DNA from: Escherichia coli
GTDB lineage: Bacteria; Pseudomonadota; Gammaproteobacteria; Enterobacterales; Enterobacteriaceae
Assembly (NCBI RefSeq): GCF_003991155.1
Contig: NZ_CP031293.1
DNA length: 64,000 bases
Reading direction: 5' to 3' (one strand)
Positions 1-12,952 of the stretch are shown here, one piece after another; position 1 is the stretch's first letter, and each line of letters opens with the position of its first letter. The notes under the pieces are model-generated. The model ran no database searches. It saw only the letters and a list, made by a program, of their open reading frames with translations, and was not told the origin of the DNA. Position numbers and translations under genes: made by a program.

Positions 1-606
1 GGTGCAGATGGTCAGGGCTTTCGCGCCAAATTCTGCAGCGACGCCGTAGATACCAGCTGCTTCCATTTCCACGCCGAGGATGCCGTATTTTTCCATCACG
101 TCGAACATTTCGCCGTCCGGAGAGTAGAACAGGTCAGCGGAGAACAGGTTACCAACGCGAGCATCAACGCCCAGTGCTTTAGCCGCGTCTACCGCGTTAC
201 GCACCATGTCAAAGTCAGCGATAGCGGCAAAGTCATGGTCTTTAAAACGGATACGGTTAACTTTGGAATCGGTGCAGGCACCCATACCGATAACGACGTC
301 GCGCAGTTTTACGTGTGGCAGAACAGCGCCACAGGAGCCTACGCGGATAATTTTCTTCACGCCGAAATCGGTGATCAGTTCTTTGGTGTAGATGGAGCAG
401 GACGGGATACCCATACCGTGACCCATTACGGAAATTTTGCGGCCTTTGTAAGTACCGGTGAAGCCCAGCATACCGCGAACGTTGTTCACTTCACGGGCAT
501 CTTCAAGGAAAGTTTCAGCAATATACTTCGCACGCAGCGGGTCGCCTGGCATCAAAACTACGTCAGCGAAATCGCCCATTTCTGCATTAATGTGTGGGGT
601 AGCCAT
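1..606 (-). CDS. deoD: Purine nucleoside phosphorylase DeoD; 5' part only, 3' end runs off the left edge of the window
   Basis: Reverse-strand translation from the ATG at 606 begins [28 protein letters not shown]...; last gene of the deoCABD operon order. Confidence 0.9.
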   Translation of the reverse strand, partial: MATPHINAEMGDFADVVLMPGDPLRAKYIAETFLEDAREVNNVRGMLGFTGTYKGRKISVMGHGMGIPSCSIYTKELITDFGVKKIIRVGSCGAVLPHVKLRDVVIGMGACTDSKVNRIRFKDHDFAAIADFDMVRNAVDAAKALGVDARVGNLFSADLFYSPDGEMFDVMEKYGILGVEMEAAGIYGVAAEFGAKALTICT

Positions 607-662
607 TGTTTTATCCTTTTTGTGACATAACAAAGGCGGAGTCAACGCTCCGCCCAAATCCA

Positions 663-1907
<1,245 letters not shown>

Positions 1908-1937
1908 TCAAATTTAAATGATCAGATCAGTATACCG

Positions 1938-3262
1938 TTATTCGCTGATACGGCGATAGACAGTTGGTGTGCTTTCCGGTGCTTTATCGGCAAGTTTAAT
2001 TGCCGCTTTCACCGCTTTCGCCGCTTCCTGCCAGCTGTTTTCGTCTTTCGCGTGGATAACTGCCAGCGGACGCTGACCGTCTACCTGGTCGCCCAGACGC
2101 GCCATATCAGTAAAGCCGACGCTGTAATCGATGGTGTCAGATGCCTGACGGCGTCCGCCGCCCATTGCAACCACTGCCATCCCCAGTGCGCGGGTATCCA
2201 TTTCACTGACAAACCCTTCGGTATCAGCATAGACTGCTTTCGTCAGCATCGCTGTCGGCAGATACTTCGCGTAGTTCTCAACGAAGTCAGTCGGGCCTTT
2301 TTGTGCCGCTACCATACGACCAAAGACTTCTGCCGCTTTACCGTTGTCCAGCACCGCCTGCAATTTCGCGCGCGCTTCGGCGTCATCTTTCGCCAGTTTG
2401 CCGGAGATAAGCATCTCTACGCACAGCGCCATTGTGACATCAAACAGACGCGGGTTACGATACTCACCCGTCAGGAACTGCACCGCTTCACGAACTTCAA
2501 CCGCGTTACCTGCACTGGAGGCCAGTACCTGATTCATATCGGTGAGCAGCGCGGTGGTACGCACGCCAGCGCCGTTAGCTACGCCAACAATCGCTTCGGC
2601 AAGGGCTTCAGAAAGTTCGTAGGTCGGCATAAACGCGCCGCTACCCACTTTCACGTCCATCACCAGCGCATCCAGACCTTCCGCCAGTTTCTTCGCCAGG
2701 ATCGAGGCAGTGATCAGCGGGATGGAGTCCACGGTTGCGGTAATATCACGGGTCGCGTAGAAACGTTTATCCGCCGGAGCCAGTGAGCTGGTCTGACCGA
2801 TAATCGCCACGCCGACGTCTTTAATAATTTCGCGGAAACGGTTGTCATCCGGGAAAATGTCGAAGCCAGGGATGGATTCCAGTTTGTCGAGCGTACCGCC
2901 AGTATGACCGAGGCCGCGACCGGAGATCATCGGAATATAGCCGCCGCAGGCTGCGACCATCGGCCCCAACATCAGCGAAGTGACATCGCCGACGCCGCCG
3001 GTCGAGTGTTTATCAACAATCGGGCCATTCAGATGCAGGCTTTTCCAGTCGAGAACGGTTCCTGAATCTCGCATCGCCATGGTCAGCGAGACACGCTCAG
3101 GCATTGTCATATCGTGGAAGAAAATGGTCATCGCGAGGGCGGCAATCTGCCCTTCGGAGATAGTGTTGTCGCGAATACCGTTGATAAAGAAACGAATTTC
3201 TTCATCGCTCAGCGCATGACCATCACGTTTTTTACGAATAATTTCTTGTGCGAGAAACAAGG
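1938..3262 (-). CDS. deoA: Thymidine phosphorylase
   Basis: ORF 1938..3329; likely TTG start at 3262 preceded by GGAGG, giving a 440-aa product beginning (M)[14 protein letters not shown]. Confidence 0.9.
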
Positions 3263-3337
3263 TAACCTCCCGTGGAAAAGAGACGAGGTAATCGGGGAAC
3301 CGGATGAGCATCGCTGCATCATCCGGCAAATCAAGCC

Positions 3338-4117
3338 TTAGTAGCTGCTGGCGCTCTTACCGTCGCCGTGGCCCAGAGCCTTCAGCAGGCTTGCCAGCAG
3401 GCTGGAAGCACCAAAGCGGTAGTGACGCGCATCAGCCCAGTCAGCACCGAACAGTTCATCGGCGATGGAGAGATATTTCTGCGCATCTTCCGCAGTACGC
3501 ACGCCGCCCGCCGGTTTGAAACCAACGGTTTTTTCTACGCCCATATCGCGGATCACTTCCATCATGATGCGCGCGCTTTCCGGCGTCGCATTCACAGCCA
3601 CTTTACCGGTAGAGGTTTTGATGAAGTCAGCACCCGCTTTGATGGAGATTTCAGACGCTTTACGGATCAGCGCTTCGTCTTTCAGTTCTCCGGTTTCAAT
3701 AATCACTTTCAGCAGGACGTTCGCCGCAGCGCAAGCCTCTTTACAGGCTTTCACCAGGTCAAAACCAACCTGCTCGTTACCCGCCATCAGCGCGCGGTAC
3801 GGGAACACCACGTCAACTTCATCGGCACCGTAGGCGATTGCCGCACGGGTTTCTGCCAGCGCGATTTCGATGTCGTCGTTACCGTGTGGGAAGTTAGTTA
3901 CCGTAGCGATACGGATTTCCGGGGTGCCCTGCTCTTTCAGAGTTTTGCGAGCAATCGGGATAAAGCGAGGATAGATACAGATAGCGGCGGTATTGCCGAC
4001 CGGAGTTTTGGCCTGATGACACAGTGCGATCACTTTCTCATCGGTGTCGTCGTCATTCAGGGTGGTCAGGTCCATCAATTTCAGTGCACGCAGGCTGCTT
4101 GCTTTCAGATCAGTCAT
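3338..4117 (-). CDS. deoC: Deoxyribose-phosphate aldolase
   Basis: ORF 3338..4141; internal Met gives a 259-aa product [24 protein letters not shown]...; first gene of the deo operon. Confidence 0.92.
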
Positions 4118-4161
4118 TTCATTCTCCTGGCTTGTCGCCAATAAAATTCACCTTGCGAGTT

Positions 4162-4177
4162 TGTTAGTATTCTAACA
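4162..4177. promoter_or_regulatory. DeoR operator (O2, deoP2-proximal), near-palindrome TGTTAGTATTCTAACA
   Basis: 16-bp palindrome about 45 bp upstream of the deoC start; exactly 599 bp from the second copy at 4761. Confidence 0.75.
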
Positions 4178-4374
4178 TCTACTTCGCAACACACTTCGAT
4201 GTACATCACAATTAAGGAAATCTACTTACAAGTTTGCATCACTGTAATGCGATCTGGTTCAAATAATTCACTTTCAAATGAATGCGTCAGTGGTGGCAAA
4301 CGCATCAGGATCAAAGTGAACATCACGAAACTTCTTACAATGGCGCATCACCTTCGGCATAAAAGGAAAAGAAG

Positions 4375-5925
4375 ATGCCCACTTCTCATGAAAATGCACT
4401 GCAACAACGTTGCCAGCAAATTGTCACCAGCCCGGTACTTAGCCCGGAGCAGAAGCGCCATTTTCTGGCACTGGAAGCAGAAAACAATCTGCCTTACCCC
4501 GCGTTGCCTGCCGAAGCCCGCCGCGCGCTGGATGAGGGGGTAATCTGCGATATGTTTGAAGGTCATGCGCCGTACAAACCGCGCTATGTCTTACCCGATT
4601 ACGCCCGTTTTCTGGCGCACGGTTCCGAATGGCTGGAGCTGGAAGGCGCGAAAGACCTTGATGACGCACTCTCTCTGCTGACCATTCTTTACCACCACGT
4701 ACCGTCGGTCACATCGATGCCGGTCTACCTGGGGCAACTGGATGCGTTGTTGCAACCGTATGTTAGAATTCTAACACAAGACGAGATCGATATTCGAATA
4801 AAACGTTTCTGGCGTTACCTCGACAGAACCCTGCCAGATGCCTTTATGCACGCCAATATCGGCCCGTCTGATTCGCCCATTACCCGCGCAATCTTACGTG
4901 CAGACGCAGAGTTGAAGCAGGTTTCACCGAACCTGACCTTTATCTACGATCCTGAAATCACCCCTGATGACCTGCTGCTGGAAGTGGCGAAGAACATCTG
5001 TGAATGTAGCAAACCGCACATCGCCAACGGTCCGGTGCATGATAAAATTTTCACAAAAGGGGGCTACGGGATTGTGAGCTGTTACAACTCACTGCCGCTG
5101 GCGGGTGGTGGCAGCACGCTGGTACGCCTAAACCTGAAAGCCATTGCCGAGCGCAGTGAATCGCTGGAGGACTTCTTTACGCGCACTCTACCGCACTACT
5201 GCCAACAGCAGATCGCCATCATCGATGCGCGGTGTGAATTCCTCTATCAACAATCACACTTCTTTGAGAATAGCTTCCTGGTGAAAGAAGGGCTGATTAA
5301 CCCTGAACGTTTTGTGCCAATGTTTGGCATGTACGGACTGGCGGAAGCAGTTAACTTACTGTGTGAGAAAGAAGGAATTGTCGCACGTTACGGTAAAGAA
5401 GCCACCGCAAATGAAGTGGGTTATCGCATCAGCGCGCAACTGGCGGAGTTTGTCGCCAATACCCCTGTGAAATATGGCTGGCAAAAACGCGCCATGTTAC
5501 ACGCACAGTCGGGGATCAGTTCCGATATCGGCACCACGCCGGGCGCGCGTTTACCATATGGCGATGAGCCAGATCCGATTACCCATCTGCAAACTGTCGC
5601 CCCGCATCATGCTTATTATTATTCCGGCATCAGCGACATTCTGACGCTCGACGAAACCATCAAACGTAATCCGCAGGCGCTGGTACAGCTTTGCCTCGGT
5701 GCCTTTAAAGCCGGAATGCGTGAATTTACCGCCAATGTCAGCGGTAACGATCTGGTTCGCGTTACTGGTTATATGGTGCGTTTGTCGGATCTGGAAAAAT
5801 ATCGTGCCGAAGGTTCACGTACCAACACCACCTGGCTGGGCGAAGAGGCCGCACGCAACACTCGTATTCTGGAACGCCAGCCGCGCGTGATAAGCCATGA
5901 ACAGCAGATGCGCTTTAGTCAGTAA
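4375..5925 (+). CDS. yjjI: Glycyl-radical-enzyme-like protein YjjI (DUF3029)
   Basis: 516-aa ORF; C-terminal RVTGY motif resembles the glycine-radical signature RVSGY; followed by an overlapping radical SAM activase gene. Confidence 0.85.
   Translation: MPTSHENALQQRCQQIVTSPVLSPEQKRHFLALEAENNLPYPALPAEARRALDEGVICDMFEGHAPYKPRYVLPDYARFLAHGSEWLELEGAKDLDDALSLLTILYHHVPSVTSMPVYLGQLDALLQPYVRILTQDEIDIRIKRFWRYLDRTLPDAFMHANIGPSDSPITRAILRADAELKQVSPNLTFIYDPEITPDDLLLEVAKNICECSKPHIANGPVHDKIFTKGGYGIVSCYNSLPLAGGGSTLVRLNLKAIAERSESLEDFFTRTLPHYCQQQIAIIDARCEFLYQQSHFFENSFLVKEGLINPERFVPMFGMYGLAEAVNLLCEKEGIVARYGKEATANEVGYRISAQLAEFVANTPVKYGWQKRAMLHAQSGISSDIGTTPGARLPYGDEPDPITHLQTVAPHHAYYYSGISDILTLDETIKRNPQALVQLCLGAFKAGMREFTANVSGNDLVRVTGYMVRLSDLEKYRAEGSRTNTTWLGEEAARNTRILERQPRVISHEQQMRFSQ
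4761..4776. promoter_or_regulatory. DeoR operator (O1, deoP1), perfect palindrome TGTTAGAATTCTAACA
   Basis: Perfect 16-bp palindrome; the 599-bp spacing from the 4162 site matches the known O1–O2 distance; lies inside the annotated yjjI ORF. Confidence 0.75.
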
Positions 5926-6760
5926 GATTATCCCCTTCTCCTGCGTTGACGGGCCAGGCAGTCGTCTGGCTCTGTTTTTGCAGGGCTGCAATCTGCGCTG
6001 CAAAAACTGTCACAATCCGTGGACGATGGGACGTTGCAATGATTGCGGGGAGTGCGTGCCACAGTGTCCGCATCAGGCGTTGCAGATTGTTGACGGCAAA
6101 GTGGCGTGGAACGCTGTAGTCTGCGAGCAGTGCGATACCTGCCTGAAGATGTGTCCGCAACATGCCACACCAATGGCGCAATCCATGAGCGTGGATGAGG
6201 TGCTTAGCCATATCCGCAAAGCGGTGCTGTTTATCGAAGGGATAACGGTAAGCGGCGGCGAAGCCACGACCCAGCTGCCGTTTGTGGTGGCGCTGTTTAC
6301 TGCTATCAAAAATGATCCGCAACTGCGCCACCTCACCTGTCTGGTGGACAGTAATGGCATGTTGAGCGAAACCGGCTGGGAAAAATTGCTTCCGGTGTGC
6401 GACGGCGCAATGCTCGATCTCAAAGCGTGGGGGAGCGAATGTCATCAGCAATTAACCGGACGCGATAATCAGCAGATCAAGCGCAGCATCTGTTTGCTGG
6501 CAGAGCGCGGTAAGCTGGCGGAACTGCGTTTGCTGGTAATCCCTGGCCAGGTGGATTATTTGCAACACATCGAAGAACTGGCGGCGTTAATCAAGGGACT
6601 TGGCGATGTTCCGGTACGCCTGAACGCGTTTCATGCCCACGGCGTGTATGGCGAGGCGCAAAGCTGGCCGAGCGCCACGCCGGAAGACGTTGAGCCGTTG
6701 GCTGATGCGTTACAGGAGCGCGGGGTGAGCCGGTTGATATTTCCGGCGCTGTATTTGTGA
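5897..6760 (+). CDS. yjjW: Glycyl-radical enzyme activating enzyme (radical SAM) YjjW
   Basis: 287 aa; N-terminal CNLRCKNC (CxxxCxxC radical SAM motif) plus ferredoxin-like Cys clusters ([24 protein letters not shown]); start overlaps the yjjI 3' end. Confidence 0.85.
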   Translation: MNSRCALVSKIIPFSCVDGPGSRLALFLQGCNLRCKNCHNPWTMGRCNDCGECVPQCPHQALQIVDGKVAWNAVVCEQCDTCLKMCPQHATPMAQSMSVDEVLSHIRKAVLFIEGITVSGGEATTQLPFVVALFTAIKNDPQLRHLTCLVDSNGMLSETGWEKLLPVCDGAMLDLKAWGSECHQQLTGRDNQQIKRSICLLAERGKLAELRLLVIPGQVDYLQHIEELAALIKGLGDVPVRLNAFHAHGVYGEAQSWPSATPEDVEPLADALQERGVSRLIFPALYL

Positions 6761-6763
6761 CAT

Positions 6764-6890
6764 GCCGGATACGGCCTACGGATCGGCATAAACTTGTAGG
6801 CATGATAAGACGCGTCAAGCGTCGCATCAGGCATTGTGCGCCAGCTGCCGGATGCGGCGTGAACGCCTTATCCGGCCTACGGCACGTTAA
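6764..6890. repeat. REP/BIME-type repetitive extragenic palindromes
   Basis: Repeated GCCGGATGCGGCGTGAACGCCTTATCCGGCCTAC-like units between convergent yjjW and yjjV. Confidence 0.7.
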
Positions 6891-7656
6891 ACAACGTATA
6901 CGTGTTATTAAGCAACACTTCGGCAATTTCATCTGCGGGTTCCAGGCGTAACTCACAAAGCACAGCAAACACCCGCGCGGCCTGTTCCGGGCGGTTAGGC
7001 TGCCCCTGAAAACCGTTGAGCGGCATATCCGGCGCGTCGGTTTCCAGCAACAACGATGCCAGCGGTAATTTTGCGATGACATCGCGGGTTTTACTGGCGC
7101 GTGGATAGGTGATAGTGCCACCTACGCCAATTTTGTAGCCCAGCTGTACAAACCGTTCAGCCTGTTGCAGGCTGCCGGAAAAACCGTGAACCACGCCAGT
7201 ACATGGCAAATCGTGGCGTTTAAGATGCATCGCCAGTTTGTCGTGTGTGCGCCGTGAATGCAGGATCACCGGCAGATCGTAGCGTTTCGCCAGTTTCAGT
7301 TGTTCGTCGAGTAACCACTGCTGCCTCTCAAATTGCGGATCGTCGCCAAAGAGATCCAGACCGATCTCCCCCACCGCCACCACCTTCGCCGGACGCCTTT
7401 CCAGCGCCTGCTGTAGCTGATCAAGAGACACATCGCTATGTTTTTCCAACATACCAGGATGCAAGCCCAATGCGGCATACAGCGGTTGATATTTTTCCGC
7501 TAACGCCTGCACGCGGGCAAAATTTTCCGCCTCTGTCGCCGGAACAATGATCTTGCCTACGCCCGCTTGTGCCGCACGTTGCAGGCTGGCCTCTTCATCG
7601 CCACTAAACGGCGGGAAATCAAAATGGCAGTGGGTGTCGATAAAACGGCAAATCAA
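6877..7656 (-). CDS. yjjV: TatD-family metal-dependent hydrolase/DNase
   Basis: 259 aa; N-terminal IDTHCHFD motif typical of the TatD family; 4-nt overlap with upstream yjjU. Confidence 0.85.
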   Translation of the reverse strand: MICRFIDTHCHFDFPPFSGDEEASLQRAAQAGVGKIIVPATEAENFARVQALAEKYQPLYAALGLHPGMLEKHSDVSLDQLQQALERRPAKVVAVGEIGLDLFGDDPQFERQQWLLDEQLKLAKRYDLPVILHSRRTHDKLAMHLKRHDLPCTGVVHGFSGSLQQAERFVQLGYKIGVGGTITYPRASKTRDVIAKLPLASLLLETDAPDMPLNGFQGQPNRPEQAARVFAVLCELRLEPADEIAEVLLNNTYTLFNVP

Positions 7657-8726
7657 GCCAGATCCTCATTGTTAAATGTCGGGTCGTTCGCCTGCGGAGC
7701 GTCGCTCACTTCGGCAACCAGCGTATCGTTGGCGACTGGCGCAGGCGGAATAACGATCGACTCCGGCGTCACCACCGGCACCAGATGGCGGCTCAGCGGC
7801 GCTTTTTCAGTCAATAATTTACCGACCGTTGCCAGAAAATAACGCCCACATAAACGCCCAAGTTTATAGTCTTCACGCAGCGCCGGAATCCGACTGCCGA
7901 GCGCAATACTATGCAATGGCTTCGGCGGATAAATTTCGAATATCCGCAGCTGGCCCGGTGGTTTCTCAATAAATTGCTGAATCTCACGATAGCTGGTTTC
8001 ATGATGCTGCACCAGATTGACCAGCGGCTGCAGGCTACTGTCACCCAGCCAGCGTTCCATGCGTTTGAACCACTGTGGCGTGTAGTACATTTGTGACGGC
8101 ACAGTGCGTATGACGACCAACGTTTTTGCTCCCTGCCTTGCCGCCTCTTTAACCGGGATCGCATCACTGATCCCACCATCCAGGTAGTTAATACCTTCCA
8201 GCGACACTCCGCTACGATAAAAGCCAGGTATCGCACTGGAGGCGCGAATCACATCCAGCCAGTTTTGTTTAGTTGGCAAAAAGTAATTCGGCGCATAGTC
8301 ATCCTGACGACAGGCGCACATATAAAACGATTTGCCGCTGTCAAATAACCGCGCTGCGGTATCCATTTGCAATGGCATCTGGCTTGCGGTGGCCTCCACC
8401 AGCCAGTCGAGATCGATAAGATTTCCTCCACGGACAAAGCGCAATGGATCGAAAAATTCGCGTTTTGTGGTATAGCGCATGATGACTTTGCGCGCGTAAC
8501 CGGGCTGATTGCAGATATACGCCGAGAGGTTCTGCGCCCCGGCAGATGTGCCGAGATAAAGATCGAAAGGATTAAACTGCGCGCGCATAAACTCATCCAG
8601 CACGCCAGCCGTGAAAATTCCACGCTGTCCGCCGCCTTCGCACACCAGAGCAATCCGTCCAGGCTGGAACGGCCTCAGCGACAACGGCGCAATATTACCA
8701 AGCGTTACAGGTATTCGCTGCCCCAC
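7653..8726 (-). CDS. yjjU: Patatin-like phospholipase family protein YjjU
   Basis: ORF 7653..8762; GxGxxG (CEGGGQRG) and GTSAG patatin motifs; likely GTG start at 8726 giving 357 aa. Confidence 0.85.
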   Translation of the reverse strand: MGQRIPVTLGNIAPLSLRPFQPGRIALVCEGGGQRGIFTAGVLDEFMRAQFNPFDLYLGTSAGAQNLSAYICNQPGYARKVIMRYTTKREFFDPLRFVRGGNLIDLDWLVEATASQMPLQMDTAARLFDSGKSFYMCACRQDDYAPNYFLPTKQNWLDVIRASSAIPGFYRSGVSLEGINYLDGGISDAIPVKEAARQGAKTLVVIRTVPSQMYYTPQWFKRMERWLGDSSLQPLVNLVQHHETSYREIQQFIEKPPGQLRIFEIYPPKPLHSIALGSRIPALREDYKLGRLCGRYFLATVGKLLTEKAPLSRHLVPVVTPESIVIPPAPVANDTLVAEVSDAPQANDPTFNNEDLA

Positions 8727-8847
8727 CTCTGCCTTCCTGTTTTTGTTGTGAAAGAAGGACAAAGTAACGCAATTTATTATTCGCTAAAACCGCAAAAGCC
8801 AGTCCGTTGGACTGGCTTTGGATAAAATTTTCTTAATGGTCTGAAAT

Positions 8848-9009
8848 CTAGGGTCGTTTTCGGCCCATGAACAAACTCACCAGGAACAGAATAATCCCGA
8901 CGACAAAGACAATTTTAGCTGCGCCTGCAGCAGTACCGGCCAGACCACCAAACCCAAGTGCGGCGGCGATTAACGCGATAACCAGAAATATGATGCCCCA
9001 ACGAAACAT
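8848..9009 (-). CDS. ytjA: Small membrane protein YtjA (DUF1328)
   Basis: ORF 8848..9039; internal start gives a 53-aa hydrophobic product [22 protein letters not shown]... Confidence 0.8.
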
Positions 9010-9135
9010 AAGCGTCTCCTTTACCATAGTTAATGTCACCGCTTGATATGAGCGTGAAAATCACTCAATGCGATATTTTTAGTGTGGTGCACATCGCGCC
9101 TCCCGACAAAGTTCGGGAGGACGAATTACGACGAA

Positions 9136-9741
9136 TTACTTAGTTTTCAGATCATTTTTAACGCTTTTCACACCATCTACCGCTTTGGCGATACTTTCAG
9201 CACGGTCACTTTGTGCCTGAGAATCTACGGTACCGGAGAGCTGAACCACACCATCGGTGGTTTCAACTTTCACTTTACGTGAAGGGACAATGTCATCCGC
9301 CAGCAGTTTGGCTTTGATTTCACTGGTGGTGGCGGTGTCACCCGCGTAGCCCTTCACAGAGCCTTCTTTAGCGTCGCGAACGTGCAGTTTGTCGCTGACA
9401 GAGGTCACCCCTTCAACGCCTTTCGCCACTTTCACTGCTTCTTCGGCCTGGGCCTGGCTTTCAACGAAACCGCTCAGGGTCACGACTTTTTGATCGGTTT
9501 TGACAGAGATATCGGTGCTCTTGATGTTGTCATGATCCACCAGGGCCGCCTTCACTTTCGCGGTGATGGCGCTGTCATCCATGAAATTACCGACTTTATT
9601 CATAGAGCTATCGACTTTTTGCCCTGCGCTTTCATTGGTAGTCTGCGCGTTGTTTTCTGCGTAGGCAGAGCCGGTCGCGACGGCAGAGGTCAACATTACA
9701 GCCAGCAGAGTTTTCGAAATCTTCAGTCTTGTCATAGTCAT
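9136..9741 (-). CDS. osmY: Osmotically inducible periplasmic protein OsmY (two BON domains)
   Basis: ORF 9136..9819; internal start [28 protein letters not shown] gives a signal peptide and a 201-aa product. Confidence 0.9.
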   Translation of the reverse strand: MTMTRLKISKTLLAVMLTSAVATGSAYAENNAQTTNESAGQKVDSSMNKVGNFMDDSAITAKVKAALVDHDNIKSTDISVKTDQKVVTLSGFVESQAQAEEAVKVAKGVEGVTSVSDKLHVRDAKEGSVKGYAGDTATTSEIKAKLLADDIVPSRKVKVETTDGVVQLSGTVDSQAQSDRAESIAKAVDGVKSVKNDLKTK

Positions 9742-10133
9742 CGATTTATTCCTGTATGTTTGCTCGTAATTTGAGCCTGGCAACACGAGGTTGCATTGCT
9801 GAATAGGGAGAGACTTCACCCTCTACAGAAGTCAATGGTCGCCATCACAAAAGCGATGGGTGATGAATAACGACCATTACAGCCTCTGAATCAGTTATTA
9901 ATATCGGTAGAATGACAATCGACGGCTTTAGATACTGATATCTACGCATTGAACGGTATTTAACGCCGTCAGAAATGTCATTACTTTGTTAAATATAGAT
10001 CACAATTTTGAAACCGCTCGGGATATCCCCTAAAACATAAGCAAAAGTGAATGTTTTAAGAACATTCCGTAAGCGGCTAATAAGGAAGGGAAATTGACAG
10101 GGCGCAGCGGCTACCGCGCCCTGGAGGCTAGAA

Positions 10134-11723
10134 TTAATGCTCGCGGGTCTGGTGGAACTGAACGTCCGGATAACGTTCCTGCGCCAGGCGCAGATTGACC
10201 ATGCTGGTAGCGATGTAAGCGAGGTTATCGCCGCCATCAAGCGCCAGTTGGCTTTCGTTCTTACGCTTGAACTCTTCGAATTTCTTCGCGTCCGCACATT
10301 CTACCCAGCGGGCGGTGGCAACGTTGACTGACTCATACACTGCTTCAACGTTGTATTCGCTCTTCAGGCGCGCTACCACCACATCAAACTGCAGCACACC
10401 AACCGCGCCAACGATCAAATCGTTGTTGGAGATCGGACGGAACACCTGCACCGCGCCCTCTTCGGAAAGCTGTACCAGCCCTTTGAGCAGCTGTTTTTGC
10501 TTCAGCGGATCTTTCAGGCGGATACGACGGAACAGTTCTGGCGCGAAGTTCGGAATACCGGTGAACTTCATCATCTCACCCTGGGTAAAGGTGTCGCCGA
10601 TCTGAATGGTGCCGTGGTTGTGCAGACCAAGGATATCGCCAGGATACGCTTCTTCAACGTGCGAACGGTCACCCGCCATAAAGGTCAGCGCGTCGGAGAT
10701 CACCACATCTTTCGCAGTACGCACCTGGCGCAGCTTCATGCCTTTTTCATATTTACCGGACACCACACGCATAAACGCCACGCGGTCGCGGTGTTTCGGG
10801 TCCATGTTGGCCTGAATTTTAAATACGAAGCCGGTAAATTTGTCTTCGCTCGCCTCTACGGTACGGGTATCAGTCTGACGCGGCATCGGCGCTGGGGCCC
10901 ACTCCACCAGGCCATCCAGCATATGATCAACGCCGAAGTTACCCAGCGCAGTACCAAAGAACACTGGAGTAATTTCGCCCGCAAGGAACAATTCTTTGTC
11001 GAACTCGTTAGACGCGCCTTTCACCAGTTCCAGTTCGTCACGCAGCTGCTGTGCCAGATCTTCACCAACCGCAGCGTCGAGATCCGGGTTATTCAGCCCT
11101 TTAACAATGCGGACTTCCTGAATGGTGTGGCCTTTACCGCTCTGATAGAGATAGGTTTCATCTTTATAAAGGTGGTAAACGCCTTTAAACAGCTTGCCGC
11201 AGCCAATCGGCCAGGTGATCGGTGCGCAGCCGATTTTCAGCTCGTTCTCAACTTCATCGAGCAGTTCCATCGGGTCGCGGATATCACGGTCAAGTTTGTT
11301 CATAAAGGTGAGGATCGGCGTATCGCGCAGACGGGTAACTTCCATCAGCTTACGGGTACGATCTTCAACACCTTTTGCAGCGTCGATAACCATCAGGCAG
11401 CAGTCCACCGCAGTCAGGGTACGATAGGTATCTTCCGAGAAGTCTTCGTGCCCCGGGGTGTCGAGCAGGTTAACCAGGCAATCGTGATACGGAAACTGCA
11501 TCACAGAAGTAGTAATGGAGATCCCACGCTGCTTTTCCATCTCCATCCAGTCCGACTTAGCGTGCTGGTTGGAACCACGGCCTTTTACTGTACCGGCGGT
11601 CTGAATGGCCTGTCCGAACAGCAGCACCTTCTCGGTGATGGTAGTCTTACCGGCGTCCGGGTGAGAAATAATGGCAAAAGTGCGGCGCTTCGCCACCTCT
11701 TGCAAATAAGGAGACAACGTCAT
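10134..11723 (-). CDS. prfC: Peptide chain release factor 3 (GTPase)
   Basis: ORF 10134..11750; translational GTPase motifs [12 protein letters not shown] and DTPGH; internal start [14 protein letters not shown] gives 529 aa. Confidence 0.93.
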
Positions 11724-11813
11724 AATTCTTTCTTCTTGAGTAAGCGGCATCGCGCCGCGCTTGTTGAAAACGAAAAATTGCGGCTATTTTACCCATCAAC
11801 GGGGGGGAGGCAA

Positions 11814-12491
11814 TCAGTGTTTACACAGGAGCTGCTCCAGTTCGTGCAACGAAGAAACGGTCCAGGTGGGCGCGATGCCTTCTGGTTGCTCGCGATTGTG
11901 CGCATTCAGCCAGCAGGTCGCAAGCCCGGCGTTGATGCCACCGAGAATATCGGACTCGGCAGTGTCGCCAACCATCAGCACGCGTGAACGGTCAGGATTG
12001 CCCGCCTGTTCCAGCGCATAATCGAAAATTTTCTTATTCGGTTTGGCAACGCCAACTTCTTCGGAAATCACCAGCAAATCGAAATAATCACGCAGGCCCG
12101 TGCGTTCCAGACGCACTTGCTGCAAGGCGCTAAAGCCGTTGGTGATGATGCCGATTTTGGCGTTGCCGCGAATGGCATTAAGCAGGGAAACCGCGCCCGG
12201 CAGCGGTGTGCAAATTTCCGCCATGGCATTAATGAAGGCCTCGTTGAGTTTACCTGGCTCGACGTTCAGCCGTTCGGCCCAGCTCTCAAAACGCCCGTGC
12301 TGAAGCTGTAATGAAGTGATCGCGCCGTTTTGATAATCTACCCACAGGGGCTTGTTAACGGCCTGATAGTCCTGAAAATCTTCAGCGGTAAAAGTGACGC
12401 TGTAATCAAGAAACATCCGCTGCAGTCCGGTGAACGAGTCAAAGGTAAACAGCGTTTCATCGGCATCAAAGAAAATCCAGTCCCACTTCAT
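11814..12491 (-). CDS. yjjG: HAD-family pyrimidine 5'-nucleotidase YjjG
   Basis: 225 aa; HAD motif [10 protein letters not shown] at the N-terminus. Confidence 0.88.
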   Translation of the reverse strand: MKWDWIFFDADETLFTFDSFTGLQRMFLDYSVTFTAEDFQDYQAVNKPLWVDYQNGAITSLQLQHGRFESWAERLNVEPGKLNEAFINAMAEICTPLPGAVSLLNAIRGNAKIGIITNGFSALQQVRLERTGLRDYFDLLVISEEVGVAKPNKKIFDYALEQAGNPDRSRVLMVGDTAESDILGGINAGLATCWLNAHNREQPEGIAPTWTVSSLHELEQLLCKH

Positions 12492-12505
12492 TATTCCACC
12501 TTGTC

Positions 12506-12952
12506 TTACATACTGATTGGCAACGCCATGATGATGGCGTCTTCGCGACCGTCCTTGGTGGGGTAGTAATTGCGGCGAATCGTCGCCTCGTTAAAGCCTA
12601 AACTTTCGTACAGGGCAATGGCGGCAGCGTTTGAGGCACGGACTTCCAGCCATAGTGTCGCCACGCCGCGTTTTTCCAGTTCGTCGATCAGATGTTCCAG
12701 CAGCGCCCTTCCCAGCCCCTGACGCTGATAGTCGGGATCGACCGCAATATTGAACAATGTAGCTTCATCCAGCACCACTTGCGTAATCGCAAACGCCGCC
12801 ATTTTGCCGTTTTGCGTTAACTGAAAGTTGAGATAACGCTCGCCCTGATTACTGGCAAAGGTTTTTTCACTCCACGGAAAGGCGTGGGCGCGTTGTTCAA
12901 TGTGGTAAGCCGCTGGTAAATCAGTCGTTTCGAGGGAAGAAATCGTGTTCAT
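12506..12952 (-). CDS. rimI: Ribosomal-protein-S18 alanine N-acetyltransferase (GNAT)
   Basis: 148 aa; GNAT motif [13 protein letters not shown]; overlaps the upstream holD 3' end. Confidence 0.9.
   Translation of the reverse strand: MNTISSLETTDLPAAYHIEQRAHAFPWSEKTFASNQGERYLNFQLTQNGKMAAFAITQVVLDEATLFNIAVDPDYQRQGLGRALLEHLIDELEKRGVATLWLEVRASNAAAIALYESLGFNEATIRRNYYPTKDGREDAIIMALPISM

Noticed and set aside
4196-4217. CRP/CytR-like site TCGATGTACATCACA in the deoP2 region
   Set aside because: Only one half-site matches the TGTGA-N6-TCACA consensus well; plausible from deoP2 biology but not supportable from sequence alone.
5039-5060. Possible third DeoR operator (OE) about 278 bp beyond O1
   Set aside because: No TGTTAGAA-type palindrome at the expected position; only a weak TGTGA...CACA-like sequence nearby, so not called.
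6591-7121. 176-aa reverse-strand ORF overlapping the REP region and yjjV
   Set aside because: Out of frame with yjjV and spans REP palindromes; no support.
10497-11987. 496-aa plus-strand ORF spanning prfC and yjjG
   Set aside because: Lies antisense across two conserved reverse-strand genes and their intergenic region; no coding motifs.
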